IMG/VR virus record: IMGVR_UViG_3300019926_000031 | Coordinates: 1-38,812 of that record | Reading direction: 5' to 3' (one strand) | Length of the DNA: 38,812 nt | DNA from: a virus | In this document: one piece after another, positions 1-7,286 of the stretch | Layout: every line of letters starts with the position of its first letter | Position numbering within the stretch: position 1 is the stretch's first letter | Made by a program: the position numbers and the translations under genes | The notes under the pieces: model-generated | What the model was told of the DNA's origin: nothing | What the model saw: the letters and a program-made list of their open reading frames with translations, nothing else | Databases searched by the model: none

Positions 1-99
1 GGCTTGGTCTACCACTGTGAAGTGGTACGATTCCTTCAGTTGGTCGAATTGCTGTTCGGTAAACGCTCCGCTGAACGAACGGGCTTTGATTTCATCCAT
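1..99. repeat. Direct terminal repeat (99 bp, identical to 38714-38812); circular-contig overlap
   Basis: Exact match GGCTTGG...TTCATCCAT at both ends; the stop of ORF 102..512(-) lies just upstream of the ATG at 99, which is the same gene as 38612..38812(-). Confidence 0.95.
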
Positions 100-101
100 C
101 G

Positions 102-512
102 TTAAGTATCCTCCTGCGTATCTGTCCGCGACTGGGCGTTCTTGGCCGGCGACGTGTAGTCGTCCATCGTCCTGTTGATTCTCTCCGGCGGCTCGCGTTC
201 CGCGTGATTGACTGGGTTTACGACCTCCTCGACCGGGCCGTAGTTGCTGTCGTACGACAGTAGTGCCTCGGCCAGATAGACAGGTATCTCATCGTCTGCG
301 CCAACTGATTCACCGCGCTTTTGAATCTCTCCCTCATCGTCTCGGTACAGCTCGATCTTTGCGACGACCTCCGCAGTCCCGTGTGAGATAATTTCGGCGG
401 CCCACCAGATCCGGCTTGCCATCGGATTCGTTCGCAGGACTGGGTTCTCCAGTTCGTGGCGCGGATGCTGCCAGTGGATATGGACCTGCGTTCCGTGGTA
501 GGTCCCTTTCAT
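102..512 (-). CDS. Hypothetical protein (136 aa)
   Basis: Acidic ORF coupled to neighbours in the leftward operon. Confidence 0.75.
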   Translation of the reverse strand: MKGTYHGTQVHIHWQHPRHELENPVLRTNPMASRIWWAAEIISHGTAEVVAKIELYRDDEGEIQKRGESVGADDEIPVYLAEALLSYDSNYGPVEEVVNPVNHAEREPPERINRTMDDYTSPAKNAQSRTDTQEDT

Positions 513-676
513 TCGCTCTCACCGTTCACAGAACCGTCCGCTCCGGGCTCGGTATCGGACTTTCCAAGACGCTTGGCTACTGCTGCCCAAGACTCTTTCT
601 CTGCCTTCGGCACTCCAATCTCAGTTATTTTCTTCAGTCCGATTCCCCCGGTATTGTCGGTTTTTCGGTCAGTCAT
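509..676 (-). CDS. Hypothetical protein (55 aa, MTDRKTD...)
   Basis: ATGA overlap at 673-676 with the upstream gene; GGCGGTG SD-like motif. Confidence 0.7.
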   Translation of the reverse strand: MTDRKTDNTGGIGLKKITEIGVPKAEKESWAAVAKRLGKSDTEPGADGSVNGESE

Positions 677-822
677 TGTATCACCGCCATCGTTTTGTCT
701 GGCTGTACCCACGCCTGATGGTTTTCTCGCTCGTAGATGGTAAAATCACCATCTATCTTCATGCTTGCGTACTTAACTCGTTCTTTGTGTGCTAACGGCG
801 CTGGAATCTCTGGCTCAGTCAT
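673..822 (-). CDS. Small hypothetical protein (49 aa; MTEPEIP...FTIYERENHQAWVQPD)
   Basis: Translated manually; overlaps both neighbours; resembles small haloarchaeal 'TIYxxENxxAW' proteins. Confidence 0.65.
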   Translation of the reverse strand: MTEPEIPAPLAHKERVKYASMKIDGDFTIYERENHQAWVQPDKTMAVIQ

Positions 823-973
823 TGTTAAGGAACGCGATGTTACACGCTTGCGTTGCTATAATCACTGCGGCAGTGTCTCCGGTTATCAGCTCTACAACCC
901 ATAAGCCAAGCGTCAACAACACAATAGCCATGAACGTCAATTGTAGGACTATTTTCAGTGTTTGCATAGTCAT
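815..973 (-). CDS. Small membrane protein (52 aa)
   Basis: Manual translation MTMQTLKIVLQLTFMAIVLLTLGLWVVELI...; hydrophobic; coupled at both ends. Confidence 0.6.
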   Translation of the reverse strand: MTMQTLKIVLQLTFMAIVLLTLGLWVVELITGDTAAVIIATQACNIAFLNND

Positions 974-1083
974 TGGAGTTCCCCGTACACATCAGAGCCC
1001 TGACGCGCGTAGAACCGCGCAAGTCGCTTGTCTAACGGTACTCTGTGGCCCGTAACCGTCTTAACGTAGTATTGGATGTTCAT
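970..1083 (-). CDS. Small hypothetical protein (37 aa, MNIQYYVKTVTG...)
   Basis: Starts just after the stop of 1086..1310; ATGA overlap downstream. Confidence 0.6.
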   Translation of the reverse strand: MNIQYYVKTVTGHRVPLDKRLARFYARQGSDVYGELQ

Positions 1084-1085
1084 TG

Positions 1086-1310
1086 TTATAGTGGTGAAAC
1101 GATGAAAGTATCTGCCATGCCTTCGTTTGATTCCCATGCGGACACGTACCATTGGGTCTCTTGGGTGAACGTTGTGAACGTCTGTACATCAGAGCGGTAA
1201 TCAGCGTCCATGACAACATAGACGCTATCCCCGACCTTAGAGACTTGATGGGTTGCATCCTGTCCTTTCATCCGTTCAACAACGTCGTCTTGTGACGCTT
1301 GCTCGCTCAT
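1086..1310 (-). CDS. Hypothetical protein (74 aa)
   Basis: Acidic ORF; ATGA-coupled to the upstream gene. Confidence 0.7.
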   Translation of the reverse strand: MSEQASQDDVVERMKGQDATHQVSKVGDSVYVVMDADYRSDVQTFTTFTQETQWYVSAWESNEGMADTFIVSPL

Positions 1311-1447
1311 GCTAGAGCCACCGTTTCGTGGAACACATGGCCGAATTCACACTCATATTTCTCGACAAGGACACCTTCATCCCGCTCGGTTGTCTCTTGC
1401 AGGCTCGTTGCGCCGTCGCAGTTTTCGTGGTTGCAGTGTAGCGCCAT
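1307..1447 (-). CDS. Small Cys/His metal-binding protein (46 aa, MALHCNHENCDG...YECEFGH)
   Basis: Manual translation; first sizeable gene of the leftward operon. Confidence 0.6.
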   Translation of the reverse strand: MALHCNHENCDGATSLQETTERDEGVLVEKYECEFGHVFHETVALA

Positions 1448-1471
1448 TACGTCTTACTCTGTGTGGGCCAT

Positions 1472-1530
1472 GCACTTAGTAGTACCGAATACGTACACTT
1501 TATGTACTCGGCCTGTATAGGGGTATGTGT
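1472..1530. promoter_or_regulatory. Divergent early promoter region with three GTAC boxes at 11-bp phasing
   Basis: AT-rich CTTTATGTA box; GTAC at 1482, 1493 and 1504; lies between divergent operons. Confidence 0.55.
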
Positions 1531-1659
1531 ATGGGACGACGACCTAACATCCGTGAACCACTCGCGGAGACACTTGAAGAGGTAAAGCAAGAAAATGACT
1601 ATAGCTCGCTTGGCGCGGCCATGACACATATCGCTCGGGAGGCAGGATATGACATCTAA
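1531..1659 (+). CDS. Small ribbon-helix-helix-like regulator (42 aa, MGRRPNIREPLAETLEEVKQENDYSSLGAAMTHIAREAGYDI)
   Basis: Manual translation; strand-helix-helix pattern; first gene after the divergent promoter. Confidence 0.6.
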   Translation: MGRRPNIREPLAETLEEVKQENDYSSLGAAMTHIAREAGYDI

Positions 1660-2104
1660 GTTAGACCACACCGATGAATCAACGTTACGCCGACTTCACC
1701 GCGACAAACGCCTTAGTTTAGAACGTATTGGGGAGCGGTGTGGAGTTCACAGGCAAACAGTTTACTATTGGATGCAGAAACATGGTATACAAATGCATGA
1801 CCGCGAAGAGCAAGTTGAACGCGCTAAAAAACTTCGGCCTGCGTTCTACAAAACTGACGAATCTGGATATGAAATCTGGCGAACGTATCTAGGCAGTGGA
1901 GAAGAACGCGCACGTCTACCTGTTCATAGATTAGCAGCCGTCGCTTGGTTCGGTTTTGATAAGGTTGCAGACAACGTTGTTCACCACGAATCAAATATCC
2001 CTTGGGATAATCGAGAGGATAACCTGTCAGTGATGTCTGATAATGAGCATAAGTCGCTCCACGCATATTTATCGGATTTCGGAGGTGCATATACAGATGC
2101 CTGA
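1649..2104 (+). CDS. HTH + HNH homing-type endonuclease (paralog 1)
   Basis: N-terminal HTH (LERIGERCGVHRQTVYYW); HNH core VHRLAAVAWFG...VHHESNIPWDNREDNL...EH. Confidence 0.85.
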   Translation: MTSKLDHTDESTLRRLHRDKRLSLERIGERCGVHRQTVYYWMQKHGIQMHDREEQVERAKKLRPAFYKTDESGYEIWRTYLGSGEERARLPVHRLAAVAWFGFDKVADNVVHHESNIPWDNREDNLSVMSDNEHKSLHAYLSDFGGAYTDA

Positions 2105-2267
2105 ACTTGCAATCTTCGCTACAGAGTGCCGGAACTGTGAAAAACAAATCACGTATAGCGAACCCGTGCGTGCGGGGACACAAGACCTGTCCGGGAGACA
2201 AGCCCGTAGGGTTCGGTGTAGTAATTGTAATACGACTAACTTTATTGAACAGGAGCAAGTGCAATGA
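2097..2267 (+). CDS. Small Zn-ribbon protein (56 aa)
   Basis: GGAGGTG SD before the ATG at 2097; CxxC...CxxC. Confidence 0.7.
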   Translation: MPELAIFATECRNCEKQITYSEPVRAGTQDLSGRQARRVRCSNCNTTNFIEQEQVQ

Positions 2268-2327
2268 CCAAGAGAGAACGGAACGAGTATGAGCAACGGA
2301 GGGAGAGTGTTCCGGTGGTGCCACAAA

Positions 2328-2732
2328 ATGGATAGAAAATACTACGAAAACTACCGCGCTTTGCAAAACCACGGTGTGAACGTTCGCAAAGAGCGTATTC
2401 CACCGATGAACGCTGGTGGTGACAGTGAGACAATTCCCCACTATACGCTCAAGTGCTTAATGGCCTTTGTCGGTGCCAGAGACTACGGCTATATGGCTGA
2501 TTTAGAGGTTGAGGTACCTTCAGGGGAGATTGACTGTCTTCTATGGGGCCACCAAGAAAGGCTAACCTATGCCTGTGAAATTGAGACCTCTCCAACAGAG
2601 GAAACCAAACAGGAAAAACTCGACAAGTACGTTCATGCTATCCCTGCAATTGACGATATGGTATGGATCAACCCAGCGAATTACAGCATGGACATGGTAG
2701 AAGCCACCGAACAACTGAGTGAGAAACTATGA
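2328..2732 (+). CDS. Putative PD-(D/E)XK-fold nuclease
   Basis: EVEVPSGEIDCLLW...YACEIET pattern; GGTGGTG SD before MDRKY (the ORF track starts at 2289). Confidence 0.5.
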   Translation: MDRKYYENYRALQNHGVNVRKERIPPMNAGGDSETIPHYTLKCLMAFVGARDYGYMADLEVEVPSGEIDCLLWGHQERLTYACEIETSPTEETKQEKLDKYVHAIPAIDDMVWINPANYSMDMVEATEQLSEKL

Positions 2733-3148
2733 CGAAAACATTAGCAACCGGCAGTTTAGCAAAGCTCAAGAACAACATCGATACGATTGCGCCATGTCTC
2801 TACGCAGACGGGGTGTGGACAGTTGACGACATAGACGCAGATAATGATGCACTGCGTCCTGCGATGCAACTACTCCATAAGTGTGGCGCGGTCGAACACT
2901 TAGGGCTAACACATGTGAGCGTTGGTCAGCAAACCAAGAAAATGACGAAATGGCGCTGGACAGACAGTAGACTACAAGGCAAGCTCCAAGAGCACTACGA
3001 AGACCGTGATACCATGCCCTGTGGAATAGAGGGGCATACGCCGCATATCCACAACCATAGAGACGTGGATGGGTTAACGTGCAAGCACTGTGTCGCAAAC
3101 GGCAACTATCCAGAATTCGAGAAAGAGGAAATCAAGGACTTGCTATGA
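2729..3148 (+). CDS. Putative wHTH + Zn-binding protein (tandem paralog A)
   Basis: C-terminal DTMPCG..H..HI..H.DVDGLTC..C...YPEF; similar to the next gene. Confidence 0.7.
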   Translation: MTKTLATGSLAKLKNNIDTIAPCLYADGVWTVDDIDADNDALRPAMQLLHKCGAVEHLGLTHVSVGQQTKKMTKWRWTDSRLQGKLQEHYEDRDTMPCGIEGHTPHIHNHRDVDGLTCKHCVANGNYPEFEKEEIKDLL

Positions 3149-3555
3149 GAACATTCAGTTCAATTAACACAGATGACTGGGATTGGCTCACAGCGAATGT
3201 AGAGCGGTTCAAGCCGTTTCTTGACGCTGACGGGGAATGGTCGGCCAGTGACTTTGACGCCGCGACAAAGCCACAGAGGCACAGTCTACAGTCAGTCAGA
3301 GAGCACAATGCAATCAAGCGTGTTGGAGAGGTTAGCAAAGGCACGAGTTCGTCGTATGCGTATGTTTACCGCTGGAATCCCGAAGTGCAAGACCGGCTCC
3401 AAGAGTACCTTGCCGAGTTAGACACACTCCCCTGCGGGCATAGAGCACACGTCAAGCATCATGACGACGTGGATGGGTTGACCTGCCGATACTGTATCAA
3501 CCTCAGAGACGAGTACCCGGAGTTCGACAAAGCAACGGTCAAAGAGAGACTATGA
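3145..3555 (+). CDS. Putative wHTH + Zn-binding protein (tandem paralog B)
   Basis: ATGA coupling at 3145; DTLPCGHRAHVKHHDDVDGLTCRYC...YPEF. Confidence 0.7.
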   Translation: MRTFSSINTDDWDWLTANVERFKPFLDADGEWSASDFDAATKPQRHSLQSVREHNAIKRVGEVSKGTSSSYAYVYRWNPEVQDRLQEYLAELDTLPCGHRAHVKHHDDVDGLTCRYCINLRDEYPEFDKATVKERL

Positions 3556-3773
3556 TATACCACACTCCAATGAGCACAGTTGGCGGCGATAAACGCATCT
3601 ACCACACAGACAAGGATTGTAGGCACTTACCAGACGATCCAGACGGCTATTATGAACGCGAGGAACCCGTTGATGGGTGGGAGCTATGCCAGACTTGCGA
3701 AGGCACAGAGACCCATACGAACGGCGATAATAGCCTATATAAGAAAATCAGCGACCCGGAGTTCACAGCATGA
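3552..3773 (+). CDS. Small Cys/His protein (73 aa)
   Basis: YHxxxxC...CxxC; coupled to neighbours. Confidence 0.7.
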   Translation: MIYHTPMSTVGGDKRIYHTDKDCRHLPDDPDGYYEREEPVDGWELCQTCEGTETHTNGDNSLYKKISDPEFTA

Positions 3774-3859
3774 AATGTATTGAGTGCGGCCACAAGATAC
3801 GGACAGAAATGGATACAGAGATTTGCACCAGTTGTACGGAGAGTGAGAGTAATGCCTGA
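3770..3859 (+). CDS. Zn-finger microprotein (29 aa, MKCIECGHK...ICTSC)
   Basis: Manual translation; ATGA coupling. Confidence 0.55.
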   Translation: MKCIECGHKIRTEMDTEICTSCTESESNA

Positions 3860-4106
3860 GTGCGACTGTGGGGCCGAGATAACTGCTAAGAACAGCGCCG
3901 GCCACTATCGGGATAGTTGCATTAACTGTATCCAACAAGCCGCTCAGACAACGGCTCACGTCCAAACGTGCGAGGCTAAATCTTGCACTGTCTGCGATAG
4001 CTGGCTTCAGGAGACACAGCGCTGGGTGTCTTTCTTATATGCCGCCGTGCAACTCCGCAGGAGTCGTGAAAATAACCCTAACAGTACGCTCAACCAGTTC
4101 AAATGA
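3852..4106 (+). CDS. Cys-rich hypothetical protein (MPECDCG...)
   Basis: In-frame ATG at 3852 overlapping the previous gene's end; several Cys pairs. Confidence 0.6.
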   Translation: MPECDCGAEITAKNSAGHYRDSCINCIQQAAQTTAHVQTCEAKSCTVCDSWLQETQRWVSFLYAAVQLRRSRENNPNSTLNQFK

Positions 4107-4426
4107 ACACGAAACACGTCACTATCAGTTATGAAGTCCCACGGAATCCAGAAGCCTATCAAGCAACGACGCATTTTGGTCAGCGGGCAAAAGGCAGAGT
4201 GCCACCAAAGCACAGAGATAAGATTATCCGGGAATGCATCAAGAAAGGGAAGATCCGAGGCACAACGCCAACGCAGGCTTGTCAGGAAGATGGCGTAAAG
4301 CAATACTTCGCCTTTGAACGGTCAATTGAAGGCTCAGATTGGCGTGTTGTTGTCGGCATCCGGCCAAAAGCCTTCAAGGAAGACGATATCAAGCATTACG
4401 CTGTTACAATCGTTGACGTGGAATGA
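4103..4426 (+). CDS. Basic hypothetical protein, possibly DUF4258/RelE-like RNase fold
   Basis: YxxTxHFxQR...II..CIxxG pattern; unusually basic for a halovirus protein. Confidence 0.45.
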   Translation: MNTKHVTISYEVPRNPEAYQATTHFGQRAKGRVPPKHRDKIIRECIKKGKIRGTTPTQACQEDGVKQYFAFERSIEGSDWRVVVGIRPKAFKEDDIKHYAVTIVDVE

Positions 4427-4560
4427 AAGATATCCTCTTACGACAGAGTGGCGCGGATATTCGCATTACTGTTTCAGATGAGGATTATGAGAAGATACTC
4501 GACGCCGGCCATATCATCAAAGAGGAAGGCCTGAACCCGGCGGTTGTGACGCTTCGGTAG
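4423..4560 (+). CDS. Small hypothetical protein (45 aa, MKDILLRQSG...)
   Basis: Manual translation; ATGA coupling. Confidence 0.55.
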   Translation: MKDILLRQSGADIRITVSDEDYEKILDAGHIIKEEGLNPAVVTLR

Positions 4561-4644
4561 TTCTCAAAAAGGTAGGCTCTAGATTGGAGCCCGTCCTAAG
4601 CCATCTTTGGCTTGTGGCTACGATACCTTATATCTGTTGGAGAA
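4561..4644. ncRNA. Putative structured RNA / terminator (3-way junction) between convergent operons
   Basis: Stems AAGGTA/TACCTT, GGCTC/GAGCC (7-nt loop), AAGCCA/TGGCTT and outer TTCTC/GAGAA; T-run follows the inner junction on the minus strand. Confidence 0.45.
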
Positions 4645-4655
4645 GGGTTAGTTAC

Positions 4656-4751
4656 CTATACGTCTGTCTTCCGGCCACAACTGGGACAGGTTGCTCGCTT
4701 AAGATCGCCTGAGTAATCCCAGTTATAGCCACACTTGTCACACTCGTTCAT
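4656..4751 (-). CDS. CPxCG-type Zn-finger microprotein (31 aa, MNECDKCGYNWDYSGDLKRATCPSCGRKTDV)
   Basis: Manual translation; TAATG coupling to the RNA ligase stop. Confidence 0.7.
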   Translation of the reverse strand: MNECDKCGYNWDYSGDLKRATCPSCGRKTDV

Positions 4752-5440
4752 TAGTGACGTTCACCGTCGTACCAGTCAAACATATCCCGCCGTAGTTTGG
4801 CAAAATAGTTGGAACGTGGCGGCTTGTCTGCCGACCACGCACGCGGCACTTCGGGCGACGTGAACATGATACCTTCGCAAAATGTTCCGTTAGACACCGA
4901 AGCCTCATCTAAAGATGCACCGTGCATCTTGGAGTAAAAGAGGCTGAATAGGTCATCTTCAAACCAGCCGCTAATGGTGTCAAAGTCTTGTGGGTATTCC
5001 CCCCAACTATTATAACTACACTTTTGCCGGAGCCATTCAAACGGGATAAATAACAGTTCGTCTAGTTCGTGGTTGTTGCCGTTAATCTTCGGCCCAACCG
5101 TTTCGCCAAAGTGATATCCCTCTGCAAGCCCATCAGTATAGCCACGGGTAACAGAGTTTTGGACAGCCCGAGCAATCCGCTGGTGCATGGTTGACCCATA
5201 CGGTTCAACCCAATTCATTGACTTATTACCGGCACGGGCAAAGGCGTCAACAACTTCACCGTTTTCAACATAGATGGCACAGTTAGTCCCGTCTAGTTTT
5301 TCAACGGCTTGCCACTCGGTGAATTGTAGCAATTCGCTGTTCCGATTATCATACACGACATAATCACCATCCTCGTTTTCATGCCGTTCAAATGGCGATT
5401 CAATCTTCGGGAATCTTGGCGGGACGCTTGGCGCTTGCAT
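4751..5440 (-). CDS. ATP-dependent RNA ligase (Rnl2-like nucleotidyltransferase)
   Basis: FPKI N-terminus, motif I EKLDGTN, GExxGPKINGN, EGIMF (motif IV), AKLR (motif V); likely start MQAP at 5440. Confidence 0.85.
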   Translation of the reverse strand: MQAPSVPPRFPKIESPFERHENEDGDYVVYDNRNSELLQFTEWQAVEKLDGTNCAIYVENGEVVDAFARAGNKSMNWVEPYGSTMHQRIARAVQNSVTRGYTDGLAEGYHFGETVGPKINGNNHELDELLFIPFEWLRQKCSYNSWGEYPQDFDTISGWFEDDLFSLFYSKMHGASLDEASVSNGTFCEGIMFTSPEVPRAWSADKPPRSNYFAKLRRDMFDWYDGERH

Positions 5441-5548
5441 TGCAAATACTACTACCACTACTACCAATGTAAAAGTTGGGGATTGTAACCCAATCAATAC
5501 CTTTTTGGCTATGCGTGTTCTTAGATATAACTACGCAGTTGCACGCCA

Positions 5549-5582
5549 CGTAGAAAGACCGCGATGGACAAGTCTTTCTACG
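5549..5582. repeat. Perfect 11-bp inverted repeat (CGTAGAAAGAC / GTCTTTCTACG)
   Basis: Arms 5549-5559 and 5572-5582 with a 12-nt loop. Confidence 0.8.
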
Positions 5583-5634
5583 ATATCCACCACCTTGAGT
5601 GTTGGGTTTGAGCGGTGCCTGCGAAGGCAAAATC

Positions 5635-6252
5635 ATGACCGAAATCACAGTCCGCTGCGATAGGTGTGGCAGAGAATTTGGATCAAATCGTGCGCTTAGT
5701 ATTCACAAGACCACCGGCCATGACAAACCATATAGAGAGGAAGAAAGCCTGAAAAGGTTATACTATGAGGAGGGTTTGACTCAAAAACAGATAGCCGAGA
5801 AGTTTGATGTCCACCGGCAAACAATAGCAAACGCAATTGAAGATTTGGGGATTGAGAAAAAAGATAGGTATGAAATTCTAGCAGGGATGCTAAGAGAGGA
5901 ATACGCCACATTCTACCAAAATGAGAAAGGGTATGAAAAGTGGAGTACAGAGAATGGTGAAGTCTATCTCCACCGCTTAATCTGTGTTGCAGAGTACGGG
6001 TTTGACGCCATCCGGGATAATCACGTCCATCATAAGAACGGCATAAGGTGGGATAACAGAGTGGAGAATCTTGAGGTACTATCGGCTAAAGAACACATTC
6101 AAATGCACCATCAAAAGTTGAGTCAACGCGAGTATGAAGAAATCAGGGAAAGGGCAGAATTGGAGGATGTGACCCACAAAGAGTTAGCAAACGAGTACGG
6201 TATTGACGAATCAAACGTGACGAGGACCATCAACAATGAATCTAACTGTTAA
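5635..6252 (+). CDS. C2H2-Zn + HTH + HNH endonuclease + C-terminal HTH (paralog 2)
   Basis: CDRC...HxxxxH; HTH TQKQIAEKFDVHRQTI; LHRLICVAEYG...VHHKNGIRWDNRVENL. Confidence 0.85.
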   Translation: MTEITVRCDRCGREFGSNRALSIHKTTGHDKPYREEESLKRLYYEEGLTQKQIAEKFDVHRQTIANAIEDLGIEKKDRYEILAGMLREEYATFYQNEKGYEKWSTENGEVYLHRLICVAEYGFDAIRDNHVHHKNGIRWDNRVENLEVLSAKEHIQMHHQKLSQREYEEIRERAELEDVTHKELANEYGIDESNVTRTINNESNC

Positions 6253-6379
6253 ATGCCGAAACTGTGACAGTCTTGTAGAGCTAATCAGACGACCAGATCG
6301 AACGCTAGCACTCCGATGTGACTGCCCTGAACAACGGAGCATTAGAGTGCAACGGAAAATGCCGGAGGGATGGGAATGA
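6236..6379 (+). CDS. Small Cys-rich protein (47 aa, MNLTVKCRNC...RCDC)
   Basis: Manual translation; ATGA-coupled to the next gene. Confidence 0.55.
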   Translation: MNLTVKCRNCDSLVELIRRPDRTLALRCDCPEQRSIRVQRKMPEGWE

Positions 6380-6822
6380 GTGAATACAGAGACAAGGCCG
6401 ATACAAGCCGGTGTTACTTCTGTCCCAAGCGGAACGACATTGAGGTGCATCATATTGTTCCGCAACGCTTCAACGGGAGCGACAGTCGGGAGAACCTTGT
6501 TGCATTGTGCGACCGTTGCCACAGGAAGATTGAAGCGCTATACGACAAGCGGTTCTATGAGAGGCTCGGCATAGCCGATGAAACCGGCGACCGGAAGGCG
6601 CACTTTGAGTGTGTGGGTCAAGACTGTCAACAGCGGGCGCAAGTGCGTCTCAAGAACGAAGCGGGATTCCCACGGTGGAATTGTTTGGATTGTGCTACCC
6701 GCACAGCTACCAGAACGGAGATCACAATCATAGAAGACATGACAGACAAGTTCCAGAGTCGGCTTGAGTGGGTCGAAACGGCGAAAGCCCATAACAAACT
6801 CAAGTCCACAAGCTTGTACTGA
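6376..6822 (+). CDS. HNH endonuclease (CxxC-HH-N-CxxCH, McrA/gp74-like core) with a second Zn site
   Basis: CYFC...EVHHIVP...ENLVALCDRCH. Confidence 0.85.
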   Translation: MSEYRDKADTSRCYFCPKRNDIEVHHIVPQRFNGSDSRENLVALCDRCHRKIEALYDKRFYERLGIADETGDRKAHFECVGQDCQQRAQVRLKNEAGFPRWNCLDCATRTATRTEITIIEDMTDKFQSRLEWVETAKAHNKLKSTSLY

Positions 6823-6884
6823 TACACTACTACTACACTACATACAAATAATACGTAATATTACTACTACTACAAACTACTACA
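6823..6884. repeat. (TAC)n-rich, nearly G-free array upstream of the RHH-MCM operon
   Basis: Several CTACTAC(TAC) units around an AT-rich core AAATAATACGTAATATT. Confidence 0.6.
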
Positions 6885-7286
6885 ATGAGCAAAGAACGAA
6901 TCTCTGCCTCAGTTGACCCGGAAGTTGATGCGTACCTCTCACGAGAAACGGTTAACGCGTCAGGACTAATCAACCAGCTCGTGAAACAGCAAATGTCTGC
7001 GGGAGACGACAGCAAGCAACTCCTACAACTCCGGTTGGAACAAATCAACTCGGAAATTGACCGCCACGAGTCGCAGCTTGAGACGCTTGAGAAAGAGCGT
7101 GAAGGCGTCAAGAAACGGCTTGAGAAAATCAAAGAGGAAGAACACGGCCAACGTCAAAAAACGCTTGAGAGGCTTGAGACAGTCCCGTGGAAAGAAGACA
7201 ATCCTGCAATCAAGACGAATGCAGAAGACTTGGGTATGGAACCACACGAACTGATTAACGAACTGGAGGATTACCATGCTGAGTGA
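6885..7286 (+). CDS. RHH/CopG-like DNA-binding protein with coiled coil
   Basis: MSKERISASVDPEVDAYL...VNASGLINQLV N-terminus followed by a heptad-rich segment. Confidence 0.7.
   Translation: MSKERISASVDPEVDAYLSRETVNASGLINQLVKQQMSAGDDSKQLLQLRLEQINSEIDRHESQLETLEKEREGVKKRLEKIKEEEHGQRQKTLERLETVPWKEDNPAIKTNAEDLGMEPHELINELEDYHAE

Noticed and set aside
1-99. Terminal repeat as the biological genome ends or packaging DTR
   Set aside because: 99 bp equals a common assembler k-mer and the repeat falls mid-gene; best read as a circularisation overlap
1824-2441. 205-aa minus-strand ORF
   Set aside because: Overlaps three better-supported, coupled plus-strand genes
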